Below, piece after piece: positions 8,933 to 17,723 of a DNA stretch of 45,530 nt. Numbering within the stretch: the first letter of the stretch is position 1; every line of letters begins with the position of its first letter. Source of the DNA: a virus. Its lineage: Duplodnaviria > Heunggongvirae > Uroviricota > Caudoviricetes. A program made the position numbers and the translations under genes. The DNA lies in IMG/VR virus record IMGVR_UViG_2721755643_000004; one strand, written 5' to 3'. The notes under the pieces were generated by a model, which saw only the letters and a program-made list of their open reading frames with translations, was not told the DNA's origin and ran no database searches.

Positions 8933-9043
8933 TTTTCTTCTCCTTTCATGGCTGCTGATACTAAAGTAACAGAATATCTTGATACTTTGGATTCTCATGT
9001 TTAACATTCTTGGATAACAGAGTATCCGGTGTGAGGCTAAAGA
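8933..9043. promoter_or_regulatory. cI-cro divergent promoter/operator region
   Basis: 111-bp intergenic region between divergent regulators; contains TTGATACTTTGG and palindrome TACTAAAGTA. Confidence 0.55.
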
Positions 9044-9253
9044 ATGACCCTTTATGAAATATTAAAAACTCAATTTAAAACCAATGCCGCTATTGGCCGC
9101 AGGTTCCCAAAGAAAGGAAAGCCTCGTGGTAGTCAGGGAGTTGGAAAGTGGAAAACGCGGGGCGTTCCGGAGGATGTTGCCATTCTCTGCCATCTGGATC
9201 CGAACATTCCATATACACATCCAAGCTTAGCGCACACAGAGGATGAGAAGTGA
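9044..9253 (+). CDS. putative Cro-like early regulator (69 aa)
   Basis: Small basic ORF divergent from cI; call by position, sequence not confidently recognised. Confidence 0.5.
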   Translation: MTLYEILKTQFKTNAAIGRRFPKKGKPRGSQGVGKWKTRGVPEDVAILCHLDPNIPYTHPSLAHTEDEK

Positions 9254-9323
9254 TGGTGGTGATATGAGCGAAAAAATAACTATTAAATACGATGGGGCAA
9301 CAATTTCGATTGCCCCAATCACA

Positions 9324-9617
9324 TTAGCGTTCGCTGAGAAGTTGTTGGTAAGCCTTAAAGGATGCGAACTGCATTCTACCTTCGGCATTGATTCCAATGC
9401 CTTCGCTTGTGCACCAGGCGATGAACTCGGCTGTATCCGCTTCAACTTTAATAACTCGTTGCCCGCTTCTTTCGACACGCTTAATCAATTTTTCAGCGTC
9501 GTGTTTCCACTCGGTGTAACTGTCGGAGAGCACATCAGCATCAGTAAAAATATTTTTGAGCTCATGATACTGAATAGCATCGCGAAACCAGAATAAACCA
9601 ACGGCCTGAACTTTCAT
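9324..9617 (-). CDS. hypothetical protein (97 aa), antisense to early-right transcription
   Basis: Strong SD AAAGGAGG; hairpin plus T-rich tract downstream on minus strand (9292-9316); competing plus-strand ORF 9243..9596 judged less likely. Confidence 0.5.
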   Translation of the reverse strand: MKVQAVGLFWFRDAIQYHELKNIFTDADVLSDSYTEWKHDAEKLIKRVERSGQRVIKVEADTAEFIAWCTSEGIGINAEGRMQFASFKAYQQLLSER

Positions 9618-9730
9618 GTCGAACCTCCTTTGGTTCTTTTGTTTATAGGGATCAAAAGGATAACTGAAGGATGGTTCGGCACCAACAAGTACGAATGTGC
9701 GGAATCTTAAAAGAATTTATCCGTAAGGAG

Positions 9731-10444
9731 ATGGCAGTGAACACCGCAATTTTTAACGACAAAGTATCCATGACCAGCGTTGAAATCGCAGAGCTGGTTG
9801 GAAGTCAACACGGCAATGTCAGAATATCAATAGAGCGTCTGGCAAAACGCGGGGTGATTCAACTTCCTGCAATGCAAAAAGTTGAGAACGAACAATCATT
9901 TAGCCAAAACAAATTCACAAACGCATATATTTTCGAAGGCGAACAAGGCAAACGCGACAGCATCATTGTCGTCGCACAACTTTGCCCGGAATTCACTGCC
10001 CGCCTGGTAGATCGTTGGCGCGAACTGGAAGAGCAGGTGCGCAAACCAATGAGCGAAATCGAAATGGTTGCCGCGATGGCTCTTGAAGCCGTTCGTCAGC
10101 AAAAACGCCTCGACAAGATGGAAGAAAAAGTCAGTCACGTTACTGAAACTGTCGAACAAATCAAAAGAGGCACCATCCGCGATGGTTATGCAGGCTACCG
10201 TCAGCTGGTGGCGAAAACGGGTATGTCAGATGCGAAATGCCGCAATCTGGTGAACGCCTATCAAATTCCAACTGATACTCACGAATTTCTTACTCCGGAC
10301 GGATTGTTGTCACGCCGCACAATTGTTGCAGTGGAACCGTTTATGGCTGCTTTCCATCGTATGATGAGCGAAGCGGAACCGAGAGGAACTCGTTGGTATC
10401 ACCCGAAAATGGGGCTGTTCCAGGCGCTGGGCTGGCAGGGGTGA
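9731..10444 (+). CDS. Rha-type antirepressor (N-terminal Rha-like domain) with shared C-terminal domain (237 aa)
   Basis: Start MAVNTAIFND; C-terminus paralogous to ORF 2697..3446. Confidence 0.75.
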   Translation: MAVNTAIFNDKVSMTSVEIAELVGSQHGNVRISIERLAKRGVIQLPAMQKVENEQSFSQNKFTNAYIFEGEQGKRDSIIVVAQLCPEFTARLVDRWRELEEQVRKPMSEIEMVAAMALEAVRQQKRLDKMEEKVSHVTETVEQIKRGTIRDGYAGYRQLVAKTGMSDAKCRNLVNAYQIPTDTHEFLTPDGLLSRRTIVAVEPFMAAFHRMMSEAEPRGTRWYHPKMGLFQALGWQG

Positions 10445-10463
10445 CGATGTTTACGGGTAATTT

Positions 10464-10640
10464 ATGCAAGTCCTCAATCGCTGGTTCCGTGACGGAAGGG
10501 GGCGTCGTGTTCACGTTATACGCTGGGAGCCTGAAACACAGCGGGTTATTTATCTGCGTGATGGTTATCCATATGAATGTTTCAGCCCGTTGTGGTTGTT
10601 CAGGCGTGATTTTGTGGAGTGTGAAGCGCCGCCGGAATGA
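10464..10640 (+). CDS. hypothetical small Cys-containing protein (58 aa)
   Basis: Unlisted ORF MQVLNRWFRDGRGRRVHVIRWEPETQRV...; weak RBS. Confidence 0.35.
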   Translation: MQVLNRWFRDGRGRRVHVIRWEPETQRVIYLRDGYPYECFSPLWLFRRDFVECEAPPE

Positions 10641-10661
10641 CGGCACGGTATATACGAAAAA

Positions 10662-11021
10662 TTACGCCGCCTTGCCCAGCGTAAAATCAAAGTGGATGTC
10701 GTCATACGGGAATGACGTTCCGCGCTCGCTTTTTTCCAGTAAACCGTTGCTGATGAGTGCGGTCACGTCAGTATGCACGCTTTTTACATCACGTCCAACC
10801 AGGGCTGCAATTTTTCGGATGGACATTTCTCCGGCACCAGTCATTGCCATCAGAATGTCCATGCGTTTTGGTGTCAGTACCTTATGCATCATTTGCCAGT
10901 CAGGAAATGAAATAACGTTTTCTCTGGTTGCTTTTGCTCCGGTAGCTGCTTCCTGGAACGCAGACAGCACATCAGCCGTGAAATTATCCATTGACTCGAT
11001 TCGGATTGTTACGGTTCTCAT
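10662..11021 (-). CDS. HTH DNA-binding protein, putative antitoxin/regulator (119 aa)
   Basis: Start MRTVTIRIESM 1 nt after stop of upstream ORF; HTH-like MSIRKIAALVGRDVKSV. Confidence 0.55.
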   Translation of the reverse strand: MRTVTIRIESMDNFTADVLSAFQEAATGAKATRENVISFPDWQMMHKVLTPKRMDILMAMTGAGEMSIRKIAALVGRDVKSVHTDVTALISNGLLEKSERGTSFPYDDIHFDFTLGKAA

Positions 11022-11022
11022 G

Positions 11023-11310
11023 TCAGATACCTCTGCGGATGGATTTAACGTCAGCCAGAAAATCAGCGAGCAGTTGTTCAATGGTGACAAAGCTGGTGCT
11101 GACTTCCTGACTACCAATGTGTTTGTGATCGCCTTTACCCCGTTCGTTGTCGTAACGCATCACACACATGCCATCAACGACATAAGCCATGCTGTATTTG
11201 TAGTTGTGCTGGCTACCCAATACAGCAGGCTCCACTTCCCATATGCGGATTCGTATGTATTCAGATTCACCGAGATGACGGATGAACTGTTTATACAGTC
11301 TGGATGGCAT
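11023..11310 (-). CDS. putative toxin-like small protein (95 aa)
   Basis: RBS GAGGAA; tightly coupled to downstream HTH gene; family not recognised with confidence. Confidence 0.5.
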   Translation of the reverse strand: MPSRLYKQFIRHLGESEYIRIRIWEVEPAVLGSQHNYKYSMAYVVDGMCVMRYDNERGKGDHKHIGSQEVSTSFVTIEQLLADFLADVKSIRRGI

Positions 11311-11664
11311 TTAAAGCTTCCTCTGGTTCTTGTTGTAAACAATAACAACAAGGCTTCGCGTTGTCCACAGCTACAACATTTTGATATTGATTCTGCAAGT
11401 CCGGGACGTTACACTGTTCCGGCACCTTATAAAACGGGTGCCGGGATTTGCACCCCGGAATTGATCAAGGCGATATACGACGCGCCAGCGTCTTTTTTAT
11501 CGTCCACGCTCACGCACGCCAGAATTATGGTGGGCTGGGCAGGGGAGCCGAAAGGCTCGCCGGTTTCCTTGATCGCCGGTAGTGCAAACCCTGTTCAGTC
11601 CGCCACCAGCGAGATTTGCACCTCCGGTGGTGGAAGTATTTCACCGATCAAGGAGGCTGCCATT

Positions 11665-12396
11665 ATGGCTACGATCCCAGTTTCCCCATTCCTCAAAATC
11701 GAAGTCGTCAACGGTAAGGCCGTTACTACATCTCTTTTCGGATATCTCAAACTGTTGCGCCTTGCTGGTGTTCCGGGTTATATTTCTCGCGTTGCTGTAA
11801 ATCCAGCAACCGGGCTTCGCATCCCGAAACATCACACAGGGCTGACACGCCATAAGCGTGTTTTTTTGTCTACGCACGTCTATTCAATGGCGGCTCAGAT
11901 GGGAGCTTCTTCGGAAGCGCCGGTTTTCCCTTGTGTGTCCGGTAATGCGAATCCTGTCTGGGCTGCCACCAATCATGGTTTCGCATCCGTGGGTGGTAGC
12001 TGTAAAGCACACACACAAGGGGCTGTCACCATGACTACCACCACTACTCACCCATTCCTCAAAATCGAAGTCGTCAACGGCAAGGCCGTTATTTTCTCTT
12101 TGCATGTGGCCTGCCACTTTAAGCGCATGCACCAGAACATCGTCGACAAAATCGAGTATCTGAACTGCTCGCGCGAATTTTTTACCCGCAATTTCATACC
12201 GGGTACTTACCACATCTATGACGACTCTCTGCGTGGTTATTACATCACCCTTGATGGTCTGATGCTGCTTCAGCTTGGGTTAAGTCTGCGCACAATGCGG
12301 TACTACGAGAGTTGCATTGAAGCGTTCCATGAGGCTGAAACCAGCCTGAATCATACCGCTTTCCGTCGTAATCAATGGGAGGCGCGTCATGTGTAA
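11665..12396 (+). CDS. hypothetical protein (243 aa) with duplicated N-terminal motif PFLKIEVVNGKAV; may be two fused units
   Basis: ATG with AAGGAGG RBS; second in-frame ATG at 12031 with AAGGGG RBS; each preceded by a near-identical structured leader. Confidence 0.4.
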   Translation: MATIPVSPFLKIEVVNGKAVTTSLFGYLKLLRLAGVPGYISRVAVNPATGLRIPKHHTGLTRHKRVFLSTHVYSMAAQMGASSEAPVFPCVSGNANPVWAATNHGFASVGGSCKAHTQGAVTMTTTTTHPFLKIEVVNGKAVIFSLHVACHFKRMHQNIVDKIEYLNCSREFFTRNFIPGTYHIYDDSLRGYYITLDGLMLLQLGLSLRTMRYYESCIEAFHEAETSLNHTAFRRNQWEARHV

Positions 12397-12622
12397 TAAC
12401 CATTATTCAGATACCACTGTCACGGTAATTAAAAACCTGATGGATGCGCTTATTGACATCTCTGTTATTGCAGACAGGGTGCATAAGCACGCCGCCACTG
12501 AAACAGAATATACCGGGGCTCTCGTTCCTCATTCACTGACTGTCATGCAAATTAGCGCCGACCAGGCGCTGGAAACAGCCAGCAAAATGCTCATGGCTGA
12601 TGTGCAGGAGGTACGTCCATGA
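12389..12622 (+). CDS. hypothetical protein (77 aa)
   Basis: ORF, overlapping-stop/start chain. Confidence 0.5.
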   Translation: MCNNHYSDTTVTVIKNLMDALIDISVIADRVHKHAATETEYTGALVPHSLTVMQISADQALETASKMLMADVQEVRP

Positions 12623-12843
12623 TTCGCCGCATCGTTAATTCTCTGTATCACCGATACAACCGTTGCCCCCGTGTGGGGCAGTGGTTTGCCACCAGCAACG
12701 GTCACGTTCTGCGGGTTTGCCTGGTCAGCACCGAAAACCAGAAAGTTGTGTGTGAATTACTGGGGCGTAGCTACACCATCAGTTACCCACTGGTGGTGTT
12801 TCAGTCCGGAAAAATGTTTAAACGCCTGGGAGGTGCTGTGTGA
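12619..12843 (+). CDS. hypothetical protein (74 aa)
   Basis: ORF, ATGA overlap with upstream. Confidence 0.5.
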   Translation: MIRRIVNSLYHRYNRCPRVGQWFATSNGHVLRVCLVSTENQKVVCELLGRSYTISYPLVVFQSGKMFKRLGGAV

Positions 12844-13139
12844 ACTGTTTTCAGTTTGTGTGCGGAAGTGTTTTCGATAATCCGATTCAGCGCCTGATTA
12901 TGTTGCGTGTTTGGATGTCGGGGTCTTCAGACGGGGAAGGTGAGAGAGTTATTGAGCACCAAGTGCTTGCCGATTTTTGTTGCTGTTCAAAACAAGCGAT
13001 GTTCAGAGAAACCCTGGCCCTGGAAAGGGCGGGACATCTGCATATCCGAAAAATTGCAACGCTTACCATTGATGCAAAAGCCCGACTCCAGCCTGCCCGT
13101 GGTTACACAATTGTCATGCCGCGTAAGGAGGCTGTATGA
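12840..13139 (+). CDS. hypothetical protein (99 aa)
   Basis: ORF coupled to replication initiator gene. Confidence 0.5.
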   Translation: MNCFQFVCGSVFDNPIQRLIMLRVWMSGSSDGEGERVIEHQVLADFCCCSKQAMFRETLALERAGHLHIRKIATLTIDAKARLQPARGYTIVMPRKEAV

Positions 13140-14128
13140 GTCGTTATGCCCCCACACCGGAAGTTATGGCTATTGGTCAAATTAATATTTCCGGCAATGT
13201 CACACCGACAACCTGGTGGAAACATATCCAGCTACCCAGTGGGCGTCCGGATGCGACAGCCATTGCGCTGCTTTCAGAGATTGTTTACTGGTATCGCCCG
13301 ACAGAAGTCAGGGATGAGCATACAGGGGCTTTACTGGGATATCGCAAGCGTTTTCAGGGTGACAAGCTGCAAAGAAGCTATCAGGCGTTTGCTGAGCAGT
13401 TTGGCTTTGGGAAAAGGGAAACCGCAGATGCGCTGAAGCGTCTTCGTGACGCTGGGTTTATTACTCTGGATTTACGCACGGTGGAAATGCTAGACGGGGT
13501 GAAATGCAGCAATATTTTGTTTGTCGGGATCAACCCACAGGCAATTGCTGCCATCACCACACCTTCTTCTGTTTCGCCAGAAAGTAACAGCAATAACGCA
13601 ATCAGCGATACAGCTATTACGTTAAAACGGAACACCCCCCAACGTCATAACGGAACAGGGGATACGCCGAATGTTGATACAAATACAGAGATTACTACAG
13701 AGATTACAACGGAGACTAAAAACACTATTGGCGCATCCGCTGACGCGTCTGCACCAGCGCGTTCTTCCCGACAGGAATATTCACCGGAATTTGAACAGGC
13801 CTGGCAGGAATATCCCAAACGTGCTGGTGGCAATTCCAAGTCAGCAGCCTTCAAAGCCTGGAAAGCCCGTATCAGGGAGGGAATAAAACCGGAGACCATG
13901 CTTGATGGCGTGAAGCGGTATGCTGCCTGGGTACGTGCCACAGGAAATACCGGCACACAGTTCGTGAAGCAGGCTGCGACGTTCTTTGGACCCGATCGTC
14001 ACTTCGAAGACTTCTGGCAACAGCCAGCCGCTCCCGGAGGTGGGCGACAGCGACAGGTCGATGTCCTGGCTGGCCTGGGAGCCATGTCTGACAAATTCGG
14101 TAAATCCAGTGACAAACTGACATTCTGA
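13136..14128 (+). CDS. phage replication initiator / replisome organiser (330 aa)
   Basis: Position upstream of DnaC/DnaB-like genes; low-complexity linker TEITTEITTET encoded by short direct repeats. Confidence 0.65.
   Translation: MSRYAPTPEVMAIGQINISGNVTPTTWWKHIQLPSGRPDATAIALLSEIVYWYRPTEVRDEHTGALLGYRKRFQGDKLQRSYQAFAEQFGFGKRETADALKRLRDAGFITLDLRTVEMLDGVKCSNILFVGINPQAIAAITTPSSVSPESNSNNAISDTAITLKRNTPQRHNGTGDTPNVDTNTEITTEITTETKNTIGASADASAPARSSRQEYSPEFEQAWQEYPKRAGGNSKSAAFKAWKARIREGIKPETMLDGVKRYAAWVRATGNTGTQFVKQAATFFGPDRHFEDFWQQPAAPGGGRQRQVDVLAGLGAMSDKFGKSSDKLTF
13685..13717. repeat. direct repeats ACAGAGATTAC x2 plus partial third inside initiator gene; candidate origin iterons
   Basis: Seen directly; lambda ori lies analogously in the middle of gene O. 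Confidence 0.35.
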
Positions 14129-14129
14129 G

Positions 14130-15017
14130 GTGACAGCGATGATGACGTTTAACCTGCGTGAACAACAAAAAAGACTACAGGCGCGAATGGATGAGTTACG
14201 GGCAGAGATTGCATTTGCTCAGAAGGGCGAAAAGCCATGGCCTTATCGTTCCTGCCTGATGCGTGAAGGTCGCGGATATTGCGAAAAACATGGCGAATAT
14301 CACACGCATATACTGGTGTGGAGCGATCGTAATGGCGAGGACAGAGAAAAAATTTCATGCTGCCCTGACTGCTTAATCGCTGAGGCCAACGATTTGACCA
14401 TGGAGCTGTCGTCCATCAAGGCGGAAGAGCTGACTGATAACGCCGGAATTGCCCTGCGTTTTCGGGACTGCGAGTTTGATAATTATCTGGAGGTTAATCC
14501 TGACGCAGCCAGAAATCTTGCGGCCTGTCGCCGCTATGCGGAGAACTGGCCAGATATGCTGGAGAACGGTACCAGTCTTGTTATGACCGGCAGTTGTGGT
14601 ACCGGAAAAAATCATCTGGCTGTGGCTATGGCAAAACACATCATCCGTAACTATCTGGCCAGTGTGGAGATCACCGACGTGATGCGCCTTACCCGTGCTG
14701 TGAAAAATTGCTGGCGGAATGACAGCGAAAAAACAGCGGATGAAGTTATTGAGCGTTATGCGTCAATGGATTTGCTGATCATCGACGAAGTTGGCGTTCA
14801 GTTTGGCAGCGCGGCTGAAATGGCTATTTTGCAGGAAATTATCAACGCCAGGTACGAAAGTATCTTGCCCACCATTCTGATCAGTAACCTCTCACCGGAA
14901 GAGTTGTGGGCGTTCATCAGTCCCCGAATTGCCGACAGGATCACAGACGGGGGACGCAACTGGTTGTCGTTTAACTGGCCCAGTTACCGTTCTCGTATCA
15001 GAGGTGTGGCTGCATGA
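14130..15017 (+). CDS. DnaC-like AAA+ helicase loader (295 aa)
   Basis: Walker A GSCGTGKNHLAVAMA and Walker B LLIIDEVG; Cys/His-rich N-terminus. Confidence 0.8.
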   Translation: MTAMMTFNLREQQKRLQARMDELRAEIAFAQKGEKPWPYRSCLMREGRGYCEKHGEYHTHILVWSDRNGEDREKISCCPDCLIAEANDLTMELSSIKAEELTDNAGIALRFRDCEFDNYLEVNPDAARNLAACRRYAENWPDMLENGTSLVMTGSCGTGKNHLAVAMAKHIIRNYLASVEITDVMRLTRAVKNCWRNDSEKTADEVIERYASMDLLIIDEVGVQFGSAAEMAILQEIINARYESILPTILISNLSPEELWAFISPRIADRITDGGRNWLSFNWPSYRSRIRGVAA

Positions 15018-16405
15018 CAACTCCAGTATGGCGTAACGATGACCTTGAAGGCGCTGTCATCGGCGCGTTCTTTCTGCGCGGAGCAGATCCTGAAGTGATG
15101 GATATTCTGGCCACACTGCCAGCGGACGTTTTTTCTGTACGAGCGTATCAGGATATCTATACAGGCATCTGCAGACAGGCCCGTGTTTCAGGAGTGATTG
15201 ACCCCGTGCTGTTGTGTAATGAGATGCCGGAACTTGCCCCGGTGATTACTGATACCGGGCGTAAAACCTGGGTGAAGTCTTCACTGGAGCACTATGTTGC
15301 AGCGTTGCGGCGCAATGCCGCACTGCGCGATGCAGAAAAAACACTGAACGAGGCATTACAGAAATTACGCGATGCGCATACCTGTGAAGCAGCTGAAGAT
15401 GCCCTGAAGGATGCGCAGAACATGATGGTCACACTGTCGACAGGAAAGGGCGTCATTCAGCCGGTACATATTGATGATGTGCTTCCGGAAGTGGTTGAGC
15501 GTGTTGAATGCCGGAATCAGGGGCTGGAGAAATCCAGGACGTTGATGACCGGTATTGATGAACTGGACGCAAAAACAGGCGGCATGGAGCCCGGCGACCT
15601 GGTATTTATTGCGGCTCGTCCTTCGATGGGGAAAACCGAACTTGCGCTGGACATCATCGACAAGGTGACTGAGCAGGGGCATGGTGTGCTTCTGTTCACC
15701 ATGGAGATGGCGAACATCCAGATTGGTGAACGTATGGTGTCTGCGGCTGGAGGGATGCCAGTATCACGCCTGAAATCTGTGGCTCACTTTGAAGATGAAG
15801 ACTGGGCGCGTTTCTCACAAGGGGTGGGGCGGATGACCGGGCGCAATATCTGGATGGTGGACCAGGCGAACCTGACCATTGATGAGATATGCGCAACAAC
15901 GAAACACCATCTGATTAAACATCCGGAAACGGCGCTGGTGGTGGTTGATTATCTCGGGCTGATAAAAACCCGAACCACGGGGCGTCATGACCTTGCCGTG
16001 GGTGAAATCTCAAAGGGGCTTAAAGGCCTGGCAAAATCCGGTGGTTTTCCGTTGATTGCGCTGAGCCAGCTCTCCCGCGGTGTGGAGTCCAGACCCAATA
16101 AACGTCCCATGAACTCAGACCTGAAAAATTCCGGAGAAATAGAGGCGGATGCAGACATCATTCTGATGCTTTACAGGGATGAAGTGTACAACCCGGATAC
16201 GCAGGCCAGGGGCATCGCAGAAATCAATATCACGAAACAACGTAACGGTTCTCTGGGAACGATTTACCGGCGTTTTTATAACGGACATTTTCTGCCTGTG
16301 GACCAGGAAAGTGCACGGGTGCTTTCCACTCCCATGAAGCCCGGCAATCCGCGCAGATACAGTAATAAACGAACTTACAGCAGTAAGATGGAGCGTTTCT
16401 TTTGA
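15014..16405 (+). CDS. DnaB-family replicative DNA helicase (463 aa)
   Basis: Walker A ARPSMGKTELAL; RecA-like C-terminal domain motifs. Confidence 0.9.
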   Translation: MTTPVWRNDDLEGAVIGAFFLRGADPEVMDILATLPADVFSVRAYQDIYTGICRQARVSGVIDPVLLCNEMPELAPVITDTGRKTWVKSSLEHYVAALRRNAALRDAEKTLNEALQKLRDAHTCEAAEDALKDAQNMMVTLSTGKGVIQPVHIDDVLPEVVERVECRNQGLEKSRTLMTGIDELDAKTGGMEPGDLVFIAARPSMGKTELALDIIDKVTEQGHGVLLFTMEMANIQIGERMVSAAGGMPVSRLKSVAHFEDEDWARFSQGVGRMTGRNIWMVDQANLTIDEICATTKHHLIKHPETALVVVDYLGLIKTRTTGRHDLAVGEISKGLKGLAKSGGFPLIALSQLSRGVESRPNKRPMNSDLKNSGEIEADADIILMLYRDEVYNPDTQARGIAEINITKQRNGSLGTIYRRFYNGHFLPVDQESARVLSTPMKPGNPRRYSNKRTYSSKMERFF

Positions 16406-16416
16406 ACAACCAGACA

Positions 16417-16659
16417 ATGACTTTTACCCCTGAACAATTGCGTAAACACGCGCAGGAAATGCTGCGTCATGCTGAACAACTCGAAAAAACGGGCATAACA
16501 AAAGACGCTATCCGTAAAGATATGGTACCCGCGCTTCGGGAACTGATGCAGGCGAAGCATCGCGCACAGAAAGCAGTAGATGAGCTGGTGGACTGTGTGG
16601 CAGAGCTGGAAACCAGAGTCGGAAAGTTTGAAAAACTGGTGCAGGAGGTGCTGCGCTGA
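16417..16659 (+). CDS. hypothetical coiled-coil protein (80 aa)
   Basis: ORF between helicase and Q-like gene; start uncertain (TTG 16402 or ATG 16417). Confidence 0.45.
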   Translation: MTFTPEQLRKHAQEMLRHAEQLEKTGITKDAIRKDMVPALRELMQAKHRAQKAVDELVDCVAELETRVGKFEKLVQEVLR

Positions 16660-17030
16660 TGCGTGATATTCAAATGGTTCTTGAACGTTGGGGGGCATGG
16701 GTGGCAAATAATCACGAGGATGTGGAATGGTCATCTGTTGCTGCAGGTTTTAAGGGATTAATCCCTTCGAAAGTAAAATCCCGCCCGCAATGTAGCGATG
16801 ACGATGGCCTGATCATTAGCTCTGCGATGACAGTTCTTAAGAAAAAGGAACCGTATCAATACGAATTACTGGAAATGTATTATGTGTATGGGGTTACATT
16901 ACGGGCGTTGGGGGTAAAACTGGGGATATCACTTAATCAGGTTGTTATCAGACTGCAGAAAGCTGAAGGGTTTATTGACGGTTGTCTGGCAATGTTGGGG
17001 GTATCTTTAGAAATTGATTGTTACATATAG
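16659..17030 (+). CDS. putative late antiterminator Q (QuuD-like, 123 aa)
   Basis: Position before late/lysis region; recalled resemblance to DLP12 QuuD; not verified. Confidence 0.5.
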   Translation: MRDIQMVLERWGAWVANNHEDVEWSSVAAGFKGLIPSKVKSRPQCSDDDGLIISSAMTVLKKKEPYQYELLEMYYVYGVTLRALGVKLGISLNQVVIRLQKAEGFIDGCLAMLGVSLEIDCYI

Positions 17031-17105
17031 TAATAAATTCAATCAAAGTAAATAATCATATTTTATTATAACCTCCTGATGATACCTGTTCATCGGGAGG
17101 TTATT

Positions 17106-17462
17106 ATGGATAAAAATGTAGAGCATGTATTAGTTGATGCAATTGAAAATAAGCAATCTTTAACAGTCGTTTACTTGGGAGGGAGCCAGCCCGGAACATT
17201 AAGGAATATTTCTCCGATTAGTATAAATGGGGATAAATTGCGGGCAAGATGCCATAGTTCTGGAGCAGTAAAGGTTTTCAATCTTGGGAAAATACAGTTA
17301 CCCAGTGACTCCTGCGCGGTATCTATGCACTATGGAGATTTAGAAGTTAAAGCTTATGAGACGATGCAGAGCGTAAATGACAACTTTCATGCCCTTTATC
17401 CTGAAGGTCGATGGGGTGTTGATTTTAATGAGCATCGCTTTGCTTTATTTGATTTTTTTTAA
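17106..17462 (+). CDS. hypothetical protein (118 aa), possible WYL-like beta-barrel
   Basis: Start MDKNVEHV with GGGAGG RBS; approx 38% GC island; motif VVYLGG...RNISPISI...RARCHSSG. Confidence 0.5.
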   Translation: MDKNVEHVLVDAIENKQSLTVVYLGGSQPGTLRNISPISINGDKLRARCHSSGAVKVFNLGKIQLPSDSCAVSMHYGDLEVKAYETMQSVNDNFHALYPEGRWGVDFNEHRFALFDFF

Positions 17463-17489
17463 AACGGGAAACGAAAAAAAACGGCATTT

Positions 17490-17723
17490 ATGGCAATTGA
17501 GTTCAGGGAAAGAGATGAAGAGAAAATAATAACAGGTGTAACAATTGATATTGGTATATCTGGAACAGTGATTTCTGAGAAGTCCCGAATCCCAAAAAGA
17601 CGACCATGGGTAGTGGTTGGTCCCGAACACGGAGAATACAGTACTTATTCAACTTTGGACAAGGCTGCTACAGCGTTTTTTGAGAGGCTTTCGTTGATAG
17701 CATCCGGCCTGGAAGATAATTGA
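17490..17723 (+). CDS. hypothetical protein (77 aa)
   Basis: ORF 27 nt after previous gene in same AT-rich island. Confidence 0.4.
   Translation: MAIEFRERDEEKIITGVTIDIGISGTVISEKSRIPKRRPWVVVGPEHGEYSTYSTLDKAATAFFERLSLIASGLEDN

Noticed and set aside
9243-9596. Plus-strand 117-aa ORF after cro
   Set aside because: Weaker RBS and less protein-like composition than the minus-strand ORF over the same DNA; kept as an alternative in the finding
2700-10444. Invertible segment bounded by the inverted antirepressor paralog segments
   Set aside because: Nucleotide identity appears too low for homologous recombination and no recombinase sites were seen
10393-12396. 667-aa plus-strand ORF as a single gene
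   Set aside because: Its 5' two-thirds runs antisense through the better-supported minus-strand gene pair (10662..11310) and has no start context; only the 3' part from 11665 is kept as a candidate CDS
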